Source: an uncultured Methanosarcinales archaeon (lineage in GTDB: Archaea; Nanobdellota; Nanobdellia; Woesearchaeales; JANQNQ01). Taken from it: 64,000 nt of DNA. The stretch lies in assembly GCA_964550525.1 (NCBI GenBank), contig CAZJZJ010000001.1, forward strand, positions 36,860 to 100,859, written 5' to 3'. A model generated the notes under the pieces. That model was not told the origin of the DNA. It saw nothing but the letters and a program-made list of their open reading frames with translations, and ran no database searches. This document shows, piece by piece, positions 1 through 9,685 of the stretch (position 1 is its first letter; the number at the start of each line of letters is the position of its first letter). Position numbers and translations under genes: made by a program.

Positions 1-331
1 CAAGCCAACAAGTAAAACTTGGAAAATAAGGGAAATTCTGGCAATCTATAACATCAAACCTTTTTTTAAATAAATGAGAAAACAATTTCAATGAAAAGAT
101 TATTGGTTGTAACAATCCGCGTCTGCCTTTATAATAAAGCCTCCTAGATCTACAAACACCATGATAGTAAACACCATACTTTTTAATCACATTATTTCCT
201 TTCCAAAACTTCATTCCAAATACATGTACTTCATGTTTCCTGGAGAGCCTATTAGCTATTTCAAATACCCTTCGTTCAGCCCCACCTTTAGTATAGGGGA
301 AGATTAGATCATATACTATAGCAATCTTCAT
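1..331 (-). CDS. Glycosyltransferase family 4 (GT-B fold), N-terminal ~110 aa only; the gene runs off the left edge of the window
   Basis: The reverse-complement translation begins MKIAIVYDLIFPYTKGGAERRVFEIANRLSRKHEVHVFG, a typical GT4 N-terminal domain. Its ATG overlaps the stop of the upstream GT2 gene (ATGA). It is absent from the ORF track because it is open to the window edge. Confidence 0.6.
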   Translation of the reverse strand, partial: MKIAIVYDLIFPYTKGGAERRVFEIANRLSRKHEVHVFGMKFWKGNNVIKKYGVYYHGVCRSRRLYYKGRRGLLQPIIFSLKLFSHLFKKRFDVIDCQNFPYFPSFTCWL

Positions 332-1455
332 TTTCTTTCTATCCCTAATACACTTAAAAAAAACGATGAAAAGATAGTCTGTGTACCTAAAAGTATTAAA
401 GTTAGGCCTACAATAGTTTTTCTAACCTCAAATAAACCTCCAAAACCTGACCCAACCCAGCTTATTAGTACTATTAGATTAAAAACAAAACCTATGCCTA
501 AGAAAAATAAACCAATTAATAATCCTCTTTCAAGGCTAATGATCTTTGTTATAAAATCAATTAACCTATCCTTTTCTTTTAATTGTGTAACTAGATATAA
601 CCTTGCATAAAGCCAGAGTATGATTAATTGATAACCTAATAAAATCAACAAAGCACCTAAGATAAGGAAATGGTAGTCAATACCAAAACCAAAAACCAAT
701 TTAGGGCCACGGTACAAATATGACATTAAAACTGTGCCAATTATGAAAAAAAGTAGGCCTGGCAACAAAAAAAGATGTCCTGGACTATATAATAACATAA
801 AACGTAGATATTTCCAACCATCATGAAATGATTTAAGTTTTGACCTTCCTCTACGTCTATAATAGGTTATTGGTATCTCTTTAATCCTTAATCTCTTTCT
901 TATTGCTTTAATAACCATTTCTGATGCAAACTCAAAACCCGTGGTGACCAATTGTAGTTTTTCCAGTGCTTTTTTCCTTATAGCTCTAAACCCAGAAAGT
1001 GAATCAGAGATTTTAGCACCAAAGAATAACCTAAGTATAAAAGACAATACAGGATTGCCAACATACCTGTGCAAAACAGGCATAGCATTCCTTACAATCC
1101 TGCCTTTTAGCCTAGTACCAATAACAAAATCATATCCCTTACTAAGCTGTTCTACAAAACGATGTAACTCTTCAAGATTATAAGTACCATCAGAATCAGC
1201 CATAATAATAAGATTTCCTTTAGCAACAGAAAAACCTTTTAGATAAGCATTACCATAGCCTTTAATTGGACACTGAACAACTTTAACATCAAGGGATCTA
1301 GCAATCTTAGCTGAGTTGTCTGTACTTCCATTATCAACCACGATAATTTCTCCATCTATCCTGTGTTTTCTAAACGCTTGTTTAGCTGATTTTATACATC
1401 CAGCTATAGTTTCCTCTTCATTTAGACATGGCAGTACTAAAGAAACTTCTGTCAT
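328..1455 (-). CDS. GT2 family glycosyltransferase, dolichyl-phosphate sugar synthase-like (DPM1/AglD-like), with C-terminal transmembrane helices
   Basis: The N-terminal catalytic domain reads LVLPCLNEEETI...VVDNGSTDNS...MADSDGT (DxD region), typical of GT2. The C-terminal ~150 aa are hydrophobic and form several TM helices. Confidence 0.75.
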   Translation of the reverse strand: MTEVSLVLPCLNEEETIAGCIKSAKQAFRKHRIDGEIIVVDNGSTDNSAKIARSLDVKVVQCPIKGYGNAYLKGFSVAKGNLIIMADSDGTYNLEELHRFVEQLSKGYDFVIGTRLKGRIVRNAMPVLHRYVGNPVLSFILRLFFGAKISDSLSGFRAIRKKALEKLQLVTTGFEFASEMVIKAIRKRLRIKEIPITYYRRRGRSKLKSFHDGWKYLRFMLLYSPGHLFLLPGLLFFIIGTVLMSYLYRGPKLVFGFGIDYHFLILGALLILLGYQLIILWLYARLYLVTQLKEKDRLIDFITKIISLERGLLIGLFFLGIGFVFNLIVLISWVGSGFGGLFEVRKTIVGLTLILLGTQTIFSSFFLSVLGIERK

Positions 1456-1499
1456 CCATTACCCCCTCACAACAAAGAAAAAGTTTAAGCTATATAAAG

Positions 1500-3128
1500 T
1501 TAATTGTGTTCAAGAGGCAATATCTCGATTTGCCCTACTTTTCGCCTTAGATCGTTACCTGCTTGTGGAATCGGGATAACTTCGCCAGAATCTGGATCAC
1601 CTACAGCAATTTTTATAGAGTACTTTCCAGGATTTATCGATTTAGCTATATTAATATTATAGGTTTCTTCAAATATTTCGCCTGCAGCCCATTTAGAGGT
1701 CTGTTTTTGCGGGGAATGATCATGGTGAAAAACAATATTGCCTTTACCATCAAGAAAATGTACAAAGAATCTGTAATCCTTATTCATCTTCTTAATAGAT
1801 TGCCATACATAAGTTATATCAAAGCTATCTCCTTGTGTAATTTTACCATTATTGGTACTATAGTTAATAAAATCTATCTCAAACAACCCCATGCCCTTAA
1901 CTAAAGGGGTAAAAACCCATTTGTTCTGTCTTTGATGTGGATAAAGGCATTTGTCTACTTGGATATAGAATAACTCGTCATTGTTTATACATTTATACAG
2001 GCTAAGGTTTTTGGGATAACCATCAAATGCAATGTACTTATGTTCATGGAAAGAGTAGTAGTTATAGAAAGCGCTTATAAGTACAGATAGGACAATTACT
2101 ACAGCAATAATAGCTTGTTTCTTTTTAGCAATAAAAACAAATAGATAATAAAGACCAATAGCAGATAAAGGCACAAAACCAAGCAATAAGTAGTAGACCA
2201 GTCTTTCGTAAGCAATAAGATATGTGTACTTCTTGATCTCAAAAAATAAAAACATGAAAATACCGACGATAAACCAGCTAACAAAGACCTTGCTGATTTT
2301 TTTCTTAAAAGAATAAAACAATCCTAAAAAAGATACTAATAAAGGTAAAACACCGTAAACAAAAAATAAGTTATAATTGATCTGCGGTTCTGTCCACCCA
2401 AACCTGAATACCATAGATTTAAGAATGAATTGCCTATTTAGATTGTGTTTAGTGAAGAAGTAAATAATAATTACAAAAACAGCTGCAGATAGAATTGAAA
2501 CAACTATAAATTTAATATTGAGTTTCCTAAGATTCTTAATTATTTTTGGTAAACTAAATAGTAAAAATACTAAAGTGACTAAAAGAACATATAATGCCGA
2601 GAATGCGTGTATATAGAGAAGTAAGATTAGTGTTATTAATGTTAATAGGATATAACGTATTTTAAAACTACCAATAGCCTGTACCATAAAGAAGGTATAT
2701 AAGTAAACAAAGACAAACGCCATTGTTAACGGTACAAAGAACCATGGCCCAAGAATGTTTGAGTTTGTTTTTAATGAAGCAAAGAATATCATTGAAAAAA
2801 GAGAAATCCAATAATTCTTTGTAGTTGATTTAACTAAGGAGAACAAAGCTAAAGATGCTAAACAAGCAAATATTGCTGGAAGAAACCTATAGAACCACAA
2901 AATATTCACAAATTTGCCCAAAAAACCAAGAAAATAGATAAACCCTATCTCTGGTTTGTAAGTTTGCCCAGTGTCATGGGTTAAAGAGTAGGATATCCTA
3001 GCCCATTCATCCCCATGAAAAGGATACTTATAACTGAAATGGGGGCTATAAACCAGAATAAATGTAGCTAACAAGACCAAAACAACCAGAATTGTCTGTA
3101 GATTCTTCTTTTTAAGCTTAAGTTTCAA
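1500..3128 (-). CDS. Polytopic membrane protein, probably a GT-C fold glycosyltransferase (ArnT/PMT-like) with a C-terminal soluble domain
   Basis: About 12 predicted TM helices lie in the first ~400 aa, with a DE/HGDEW-type acidic loop motif near the N-terminus and a C-terminal ~130-aa soluble domain. It sits beside a GT2 dolichol-phosphate-sugar synthase-like gene. The family assignment is inference. Confidence 0.45.
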   Translation of the reverse strand: MKLKLKKKNLQTILVVLVLLATFILVYSPHFSYKYPFHGDEWARISYSLTHDTGQTYKPEIGFIYFLGFLGKFVNILWFYRFLPAIFACLASLALFSLVKSTTKNYWISLFSMIFFASLKTNSNILGPWFFVPLTMAFVFVYLYTFFMVQAIGSFKIRYILLTLITLILLLYIHAFSALYVLLVTLVFLLFSLPKIIKNLRKLNIKFIVVSILSAAVFVIIIYFFTKHNLNRQFILKSMVFRFGWTEPQINYNLFFVYGVLPLLVSFLGLFYSFKKKISKVFVSWFIVGIFMFLFFEIKKYTYLIAYERLVYYLLLGFVPLSAIGLYYLFVFIAKKKQAIIAVVIVLSVLISAFYNYYSFHEHKYIAFDGYPKNLSLYKCINNDELFYIQVDKCLYPHQRQNKWVFTPLVKGMGLFEIDFINYSTNNGKITQGDSFDITYVWQSIKKMNKDYRFFVHFLDGKGNIVFHHDHSPQKQTSKWAAGEIFEETYNINIAKSINPGKYSIKIAVGDPDSGEVIPIPQAGNDLRRKVGQIEILPLEHN

Positions 3129-3265
3129 TAAAACCCCCTTTAGCAGTTATTTGTCGGAATTATTTAAATTTTTAGTTTATCCACATTAAAAACCAAAATA
3201 TTTATATACCTACTTCCCAAATATTAACATTAATTAGATGACACTATAAAAATCCGGGTGATAGC

Positions 3266-4471
3266 ATGTTTAAACATAAAAAAAGGGGACAACAAGGCGG
3301 TGGAGCTGCTGCTGTGCTTGTCGCATTAATTGGTTTATTTGTTGTGTTGTATATTATATTTCTACCACAGGCTGAGCGTGAAGACTTACTTGGTGAAGGA
3401 AATGGAGATTCTGATGATAATGGGGATTCAGATAGCAAATATAATAAAACGCTACTACTAGCACATCCAGGAAACCTGGATTATTTAAGCCAAACTGAGG
3501 TTGAGCATCGGATGCCTTCGCTGAATCTATATACAAAAAAAGAAGGTGAAGTTCTAAAAGAACTAAATTCTATGTATCTTAAACATAGTTTATTCACACA
3601 GAAATACGAGACTTTAAGATTTGATGTTGATGATCCAGCTAACACTGAGAATGCACTGATTAGTTTTCTAGTTGATGCTCATGATGGAGTGCTATCAGTT
3701 GATGTAAATGAGAATAACATATTCAATAAAGAGATTGAAACTGCAAATATAGAGCCAATCAAGATACCAGAAGAACACATTAAACAGACAAACGAAATCG
3801 TGTTTAAGGTTTCTGGTCCTGGTTTTGCATTCTGGAAAAGTAACGAATATATTCTACAAAAGGTTACTGTAACCGCAGATGTTGCTGATATAAGTGGTCA
3901 AGAAAGCACAACAACCTTTATAGTTGAAGAGAGTGAAAAGAATAACTTGAAAAAGGCTTATGTAAAATTTTTCCCAGATTGTGTGCCAGGAGAAGTAGGT
4001 AAGCTGGTTGTTAACCTCAATAACCAAAACATATTGTCTGCTGTGCCCGATTGTGGGATATTAAACTCATACGAATTTCTGCCACACCACTTAGTGGAAG
4101 GGGAGAATAGGTTAGAATTTAGGGCAGAATCAGGTAGATATCTCATTGACCAGATTAAAGTAAAGTCTGAGTTAAAACAGCCAAGGAATTATATCTATGA
4201 TTTTGAATTAGATAGTGACCAATATAGTGATATTGTATCTAAAGGAAACAAGACGCATGTTAACTTGACCATGTTGTTTGAGAATGATGATAAATACAAA
4301 GAAGCAGAGATAATAATTAATGATAGGCAAAGACATATGGAAACAAAGGATAAGATGTATTACAGGTTGATTGATGATTTTGTAAAAGAGGGTTACAATT
4401 ATATCAAGATAGTACCAAAATCGCAAATGTACATCGTTGATCTTAAAGTAGAAATCAGAAAACGAAAGTGA
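3266..4471 (+). CDS. Hypothetical membrane-anchored extracellular protein (N-terminal signal anchor, acidic Gly/Asp-rich linker)
   Basis: The N-terminus has a basic stretch followed by the hydrophobic helix AAAVLVALIGLFVVLYIIFL. The remainder is hydrophilic. I recognise no catalytic motifs. Confidence 0.5.
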   Translation: MFKHKKRGQQGGGAAAVLVALIGLFVVLYIIFLPQAEREDLLGEGNGDSDDNGDSDSKYNKTLLLAHPGNLDYLSQTEVEHRMPSLNLYTKKEGEVLKELNSMYLKHSLFTQKYETLRFDVDDPANTENALISFLVDAHDGVLSVDVNENNIFNKEIETANIEPIKIPEEHIKQTNEIVFKVSGPGFAFWKSNEYILQKVTVTADVADISGQESTTTFIVEESEKNNLKKAYVKFFPDCVPGEVGKLVVNLNNQNILSAVPDCGILNSYEFLPHHLVEGENRLEFRAESGRYLIDQIKVKSELKQPRNYIYDFELDSDQYSDIVSKGNKTHVNLTMLFENDDKYKEAEIIINDRQRHMETKDKMYYRLIDDFVKEGYNYIKIVPKSQMYIVDLKVEIRKRK

Positions 4472-4521
4472 TTGAAACCAAAAGAGGTGGATTATAGGGT
4501 TTATTCTAGTTTAGAAAGAAA

Positions 4522-6597
4522 ATGGTAAGTGAAGAGGAATTAGCAAAGGAGATAGTAACAGAGCTTCTTAAGAGATACTCCAAACATGGTATGACTAAAG
4601 AAGAAGCCAGAACTTATGGTGCTAGGTTTGAAGGTGTAACTAGATCTGAAAATGAGCATGTTAGAAGGGTCTGGTACGATAACCATCTTAAGTCTATTCT
4701 TCAAAAAGCTGCTAATTCAGGTGATAATAAGGCGCAAGCATGTTTACAGGGTAGGTTTTATGAAGAAGTAAAAGAAAAAAAGCAAGACGAAAAAACAAAA
4801 CGAAAACAGGCTAAAGCACAAGAAAAAACTGCCAAAGCCCAACTAGAGACTGCTGAAGCTGAAAAAGCTGCAGCACCCCTAAAACTATTCCCCCATGGAG
4901 CATTTGATGTTTTGATTATTGTAGGTATCATCAATCACCTCTCTGATTGGTGGTTTTGGGGTTTTCAAAAGACAGGAATGAGCTTTTTGTTTGATTTTTT
5001 GATTGCGTTTTTCACTTTTCTATTCGCATTCGGCCCATTTAATGATAAAGGTAATATCAATGTTAAAGGCGCGTCTGCCTGTATTGTTGCTTGGTTTATT
5101 GAAGTTGAATTATTTCCAATGCTAGGTAGCCGGATTATTGGTACTTCAACACCAACTCTAATAAAAGTGTTGCTAGCAAAGCATCTCTGGCCAGTATGGG
5201 TGTTTTTTGGGTTGATGTATACTGGAAAAACAGAAGGAGGATTCACTTGGATTGCAAAGTTTGCTAGATGGTGTCTTGCTGTTTTCTGGATTTTTATATT
5301 GATAACACCGATGAAAGCCTACATGATGGATGCTTATTTAGAGGATATGTCAGAAGAACAGAGAGAGGAGGTTTTTGGTGCTGTTACTGAAAGTTTTAAT
5401 GAGAGTAAAACAAGTTGGGCAGCAGTTTGGGAGTGTTGGAGGCATTCGATCTTCGGCTTGGGTGCAGGCCAAGCAGGGGCATACGAGAAATGTATTGAAG
5501 AGAAAAGGAACCCGCCTGAAAAACAAACACAGTACGAGGTTGCTAGGAGCGAGGACTCTATAATTGTTGCTCTTAAACCAATTAAGAGTAAAAAAACATT
5601 CAAAGCAGAAGAAGATATTAAAGTTAGCGCAGTATTTGAGATAAAAAGCGAATCTAAAGATGTTAAGATAGAAGGGGCTTCTTGTTCTTTCAACAAAGGT
5701 CCAAAAGGAAAAGAAGAAAAGGTCGTACAAGGTGTTGCAAAATTTGAAGGGATAGGCATAGAGGGCGGAACTTTTAGGAACAGACAATTTGATTTAACCT
5801 GTGAGTTAAACAAAGGGGCTCTTGAAGAGGGAGAGTATACACCAGTATTTAATGTTGATTTGGCTAAACTAGATAACAAAGCCACTTGGGAACTTTACTT
5901 CATGTATAAAGATACTTTAGATGAATATATTGGGCACACCAGACAACCACAAGAACTAATCAAGAAGATAAGAGCCAGTGAAGAATTTGGAGAACTTGTT
6001 GGTGGGTTGACTATTGGAAAAAGGGGAATAGTATCAACATGCGATGGTGGAGTAGTTTGCCTTAACCTTGGTAGATCTAAAGAACTTATTACACCACCCA
6101 TATATGGAATAACACCTACAAATTTCATAAAGATTTTTGCTAGGGTCAAAAACCAGAATAAAGGTAAAATAAGAAAACAAGGTAAGATTACACTAACAGT
6201 ACCAGAAGGATTTGAAGCTGTCAAAGGAGAGGGAGAAAACGATCGATGCAAGGACTTCGGTAGAGAAAGTATGACAGAAGAAGGTGATAGGCTTTATGAG
6301 TTAGAAAGTAAGATAGACCTCACATCGTTTGGTAAAGACGAGGAAGAGTATGGTAAGGAATTTGCTTCGTGCACTATTGCTGTGACAGGTTATAGAAATT
6401 TGGTTGGTGTCTCCACTGATAAGATTAAGAATGCTGAGATCGAAGTTATGTCTAACGCGCTTGGAAACATCAATGATGCGCATCCTGCTAGGTTCGGTTT
6501 AAGTGTAGATGGTTTTGAATACAGATTAACTGAACGTGCAGAACAAATTACTATAAAAGGATCTGAAAATGAAGAAGACGCGAGAGCAGTTACATAA
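4522..6597 (+). CDS. Hypothetical polytopic membrane protein with an N-terminal cytoplasmic coiled-coil and a large C-terminal extracellular domain
   Basis: A K/E/A-rich coiled coil occupies aa ~80-120, followed by roughly 5-6 TM helices (aa ~125-265) and a ~400-aa hydrophilic C-terminal region. It is encoded between other surface protein genes. Confidence 0.5.
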   Translation: MVSEEELAKEIVTELLKRYSKHGMTKEEARTYGARFEGVTRSENEHVRRVWYDNHLKSILQKAANSGDNKAQACLQGRFYEEVKEKKQDEKTKRKQAKAQEKTAKAQLETAEAEKAAAPLKLFPHGAFDVLIIVGIINHLSDWWFWGFQKTGMSFLFDFLIAFFTFLFAFGPFNDKGNINVKGASACIVAWFIEVELFPMLGSRIIGTSTPTLIKVLLAKHLWPVWVFFGLMYTGKTEGGFTWIAKFARWCLAVFWIFILITPMKAYMMDAYLEDMSEEQREEVFGAVTESFNESKTSWAAVWECWRHSIFGLGAGQAGAYEKCIEEKRNPPEKQTQYEVARSEDSIIVALKPIKSKKTFKAEEDIKVSAVFEIKSESKDVKIEGASCSFNKGPKGKEEKVVQGVAKFEGIGIEGGTFRNRQFDLTCELNKGALEEGEYTPVFNVDLAKLDNKATWELYFMYKDTLDEYIGHTRQPQELIKKIRASEEFGELVGGLTIGKRGIVSTCDGGVVCLNLGRSKELITPPIYGITPTNFIKIFARVKNQNKGKIRKQGKITLTVPEGFEAVKGEGENDRCKDFGRESMTEEGDRLYELESKIDLTSFGKDEEEYGKEFASCTIAVTGYRNLVGVSTDKIKNAEIEVMSNALGNINDAHPARFGLSVDGFEYRLTERAEQITIKGSENEEDARAVT

Positions 6598-6601
6598 AAA
6601 G

Positions 6602-7600
6602 ATGTCAAAAAGATATATAATCGGATTAGTACTAATCCTAGTATTTATTCTAGCAACAGGAGCTAAGTGTAAATCCTCTAATCTATTAAAAAAAGATCGT
6701 GGGGGTGGGGCGGCGTTGCCAACATCCAAGCAATTTAATACTGGTACAAAGGGCTTAGAGATCGAATTCTTAGAGTACATGCCGCCAGAAGATATACTTG
6801 AAGACTCAGATTTCAGGATTGGTCTAAAAGTAACTAATGCAGGTACACACGATTTAGATGATGCAGTGCTTTACATGAATATTGATGACGATTTAATAGG
6901 AATACAAGAGACTGATGAAGACATTGAATTAATACCTAGTCTAAAAGGGAAGAATCAGAATTATCCTGAAGGTGAATTCCATGATATTGAATTTGGTGCA
7001 AAGACAAAAAGAGTAAAAGCAGATAAGACCACCACTATAAAGGCCTTGGTATGTTATAAGTATACAACAAAAGCAAGTGTAGATGTCTGTATCAACCCAT
7101 ACTCATTAAAGAAGCTTAAGATAGGTGGAGAAGAAGGGTGTAAAGTAGGTGACGTTTCTTTGTCAGGTGGGCAGGGTGCGCCTGTAGCTATAGAAAAGGT
7201 TGAAGTAAAACAAACTTCGTTAGATGCTAGTTCTTTTGAGATTACTTTTATTATACATATAGATAATAGAGGTGGAACAAAGGATCATGTCAGAAAACTT
7301 GAATCCTATGACAAAGAATGTAAAGGCAAGAAATTGTTTAAGAAAGTGGAAGATGCAGATTATGTCAAGGTTAATAATGTCCAGATTTCAAAGTACAGCC
7401 TAAAAGAAGGCAGTGTAGAGTGTAAACCGTTGGAGAAAGGGCAACTCAAATTAGATGATGGTGAAGGAGAACTGGTGTGTAAAGCAAAGCTAATGAAGAA
7501 GTATGGTTCGTACCTAAGCCCGCTTAGGGTAGACTTATCCTATGGTTACATAAGTACCATAAAAGAGACTATTAAGATAGAAAACATCGCTAAGGTTTGA
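6602..7600 (+). CDS. Secreted or lipid-anchored protein, paralog 1 of 3, with two CARDB-like beta-sandwich motifs
   Basis: The track ORF begins at 6569; the likely start is the internal Met at 6602 (MSKRYIIGLVLILVFILATGAKC, a signal peptide with a Cys after the h-region). Motifs shared with the next two ORFs are GLEIEF, xVTNAGThDL, CYxYxTKA..VC, SGGQGAPV and LSYGYI. Confidence 0.6.
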   Translation: MSKRYIIGLVLILVFILATGAKCKSSNLLKKDRGGGAALPTSKQFNTGTKGLEIEFLEYMPPEDILEDSDFRIGLKVTNAGTHDLDDAVLYMNIDDDLIGIQETDEDIELIPSLKGKNQNYPEGEFHDIEFGAKTKRVKADKTTTIKALVCYKYTTKASVDVCINPYSLKKLKIGGEEGCKVGDVSLSGGQGAPVAIEKVEVKQTSLDASSFEITFIIHIDNRGGTKDHVRKLESYDKECKGKKLFKKVEDADYVKVNNVQISKYSLKEGSVECKPLEKGQLKLDDGEGELVCKAKLMKKYGSYLSPLRVDLSYGYISTIKETIKIENIAKV

Positions 7601-7647
7601 TAATTACCGAAAAACTTAAATATGCTCAAAAGAAGTATTGATTAAAA

Positions 7648-8604
7648 ATGTATTCCAACTGTAAAAAAAGGTGCATATTAGTGTTCTTACTAATAGTAGT
7701 TGTATTAATGAGTACTGGAGCTAGATGTAGCCCTAAAAAAACTATAGGCAAGGAAAAAGGCGAGAGTGCTGGTGGCAAAGTTATTGAAAGCGAGGTGTAC
7801 AAAGGTAAAAAAGGTTTGGAGATGGACTTTGTAAAGGATCTCCCGCCAAACAAGATTTATTCTACAAACGAGCTAAATCTGTTAGTTGAACTAAGGAATG
7901 TGGGTGCATATGCAGTAAAACCAAAAATCCTTATAAGTGGCTATGACCCTGATATTATCACTGGAATTGAGGCTATACAGTACCCAGAGGAACTTGAAGG
8001 AAAAAAGAGGTTTATGCCTGAAGGTGGTTATACCACAGTACAGTTTGACTCAAATGAGATAGGACTACCAGAAGGCACTGATTCTTATAAACCTAAATTT
8101 GTTGTAACTGCCTGTTATGAGTACGGTACTAAAGCGAACCCTGTAGTATGTATAGACCCTAGTTTATATGATGTGGCTGTAGAAGAAAGAGCATGCGAAG
8201 TTAGGTCTGTTTCAATGAGTGGAGGCCAGGGTGCACCTATAGAGGTTAGTAGTGTTGATGTTGATACCATAGGTAATAAAGCCCATTTTAAGATACATTT
8301 ATCTAATGTTGGTGGAGGAAGGGTTGTTGAATACATTCCTTGTCCAAACGAACTAGAATATAAAGAATTAAACATGGTAAGTTATGATGTTCTTATGTCC
8401 AGTCGTGGCCCTGATAAATGCAGTCCACATGAAGATGGTGATTATAGTGTAAGACTAGTGAACGGTAAAGCAATAATCTATTGTACCTTCACTATACCCA
8501 ACGAAAACACCAACGCTTATTCTACTCCTTTAGAGATTGAACTAAGTTATGGTTATATGCAATCAATTTCAAAGGATGTTGAGATTATTAGGATAGACGA
8601 ATAG
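7648..8604 (+). CDS. Secreted or lipid-anchored protein, paralog 2 of 3, CARDB-like
   Basis: It has the signal peptide LVFLLIVVVLMSTGARC and the shared motifs GLEMDF, ELRNVGAYAV, CYEYGTKA..VC, SGGQGAPI and LSYGYM. Confidence 0.6.
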   Translation: MYSNCKKRCILVFLLIVVVLMSTGARCSPKKTIGKEKGESAGGKVIESEVYKGKKGLEMDFVKDLPPNKIYSTNELNLLVELRNVGAYAVKPKILISGYDPDIITGIEAIQYPEELEGKKRFMPEGGYTTVQFDSNEIGLPEGTDSYKPKFVVTACYEYGTKANPVVCIDPSLYDVAVEERACEVRSVSMSGGQGAPIEVSSVDVDTIGNKAHFKIHLSNVGGGRVVEYIPCPNELEYKELNMVSYDVLMSSRGPDKCSPHEDGDYSVRLVNGKAIIYCTFTIPNENTNAYSTPLEIELSYGYMQSISKDVEIIRIDE

Positions 8605-8672
8605 AAACCTTTAAATATGCATAATAATATTATTATTAAGATAATTACAAAAACAAAGAGGAGGTTTAGAAT

Positions 8673-9656
8673 ATGAATAAAAGGATTATAAGCATAATAA
8701 TGGTTGGTTTTCTTTTAATTGCTCTTGGTTGTGGAGATAAAGATAAGGGAACTACTGCCGATGGTGGAGGTACCACTTCTAGAGGTGGTTCAACAGATTC
8801 ATTTATTGGTGGAGATGTTGGTCTAGATGTTAAGTTTATGGAAGGTGCTCCTCCTAGCGAGGTATATGACCTAGAATATAGCTTTGGTATAAATGTAAGG
8901 TTAGAAAACCAAGGTGAATATGATGTTCCAAAAGATTCAGTAACCCTAAAAATCACTGGGATAGATCCTTCTGATTTTGGTAAAAACGGTTCTGCATTAA
9001 CTAAAACAAACAGCGAAGAATTACTTGGAGCAAAGATAGATCCCCAAGGTAATGAAATTGCTGGCGGTATTGCAAATATTGATTTTGAGGGTTTACAAGC
9101 TAAACCAGTTACAGGCAATGTACAGTTTAATATCAGATCTGAAGTATGTTATCCATATGGCACAACAGCAATTGCGCAAGCATGTATACTTGAAGATTTA
9201 CTAGGAACAACCAGGAAAGCTGGTGAAGAGCCATTTTGTGAGGTTACTGGAGAGAAAACTGTGGAGAATTCTGGCGCCCCAGTACAGATAACATCATTCA
9301 GCCAATCTGCTACTGGAAAGGATAAGGTCTCTTTCACATTTGAAGTTGGCCATGTAGGGGAAGGTCTATTGTTTAAGAATGCCTCTAACTGTGAAGCTGG
9401 CCTAGCTAACAAAGATAAGGTATATGTTAAAGTTGTCAGTGATATGCCTGACTTATCTTGTAGCGGTCTAAGTGGAAGCAATGAAGGAGAAGTCTCTTTA
9501 TATGGTGAAGAAGGTGGCGAAAAGAGGTCTGTTGTATGTACACAGAAACTTGCTGCAGACAGGACAGATTCAGAAAAACAGGTAAAGATTACATTACAGT
9601 ATGCCTATAAAGAGAAGGTTGATACAGAACTACTTGTTAAACATGTAGAGGAATAG
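8673..9656 (+). CDS. Secreted or lipid-anchored protein, paralog 3 of 3, CARDB-like; preceded by a strong GAGGAGG Shine-Dalgarno sequence
   Basis: It has the signal peptide IIMVGFLLIALGCG (a lipobox-like LALGC) and the shared motifs GLDVKF, RLENQGEYDV, CYPYGTTA..AC, NSGAPV and LQYAYK. Confidence 0.6.
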   Translation: MNKRIISIIMVGFLLIALGCGDKDKGTTADGGGTTSRGGSTDSFIGGDVGLDVKFMEGAPPSEVYDLEYSFGINVRLENQGEYDVPKDSVTLKITGIDPSDFGKNGSALTKTNSEELLGAKIDPQGNEIAGGIANIDFEGLQAKPVTGNVQFNIRSEVCYPYGTTAIAQACILEDLLGTTRKAGEEPFCEVTGEKTVENSGAPVQITSFSQSATGKDKVSFTFEVGHVGEGLLFKNASNCEAGLANKDKVYVKVVSDMPDLSCSGLSGSNEGEVSLYGEEGGEKRSVVCTQKLAADRTDSEKQVKITLQYAYKEKVDTELLVKHVEE

Positions 9657-9685
9657 ATTTTTTATTCTTTCTTTTTTTATTAATT

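Noticed and set aside
941-1904. Plus-strand ORFs 941..1183, 1316..1579 and 1563..1904 inside or against the GT2 and GT-C genes
   Set aside because: They are antisense shadow ORFs within well-supported minus-strand genes, with low-complexity composition and no motifs.
4965-6608. Minus-strand ORFs 4965..5246, 5334..5885, 5350..5787, 5895..6251, 6301..6483, 6390..6608 and 6526..6780, antisense to the 691-aa membrane protein and paralog 1
   Set aside because: These are shadow ORFs typical of AT-rich DNA. The plus-strand gene has a coherent TM and extracellular architecture.
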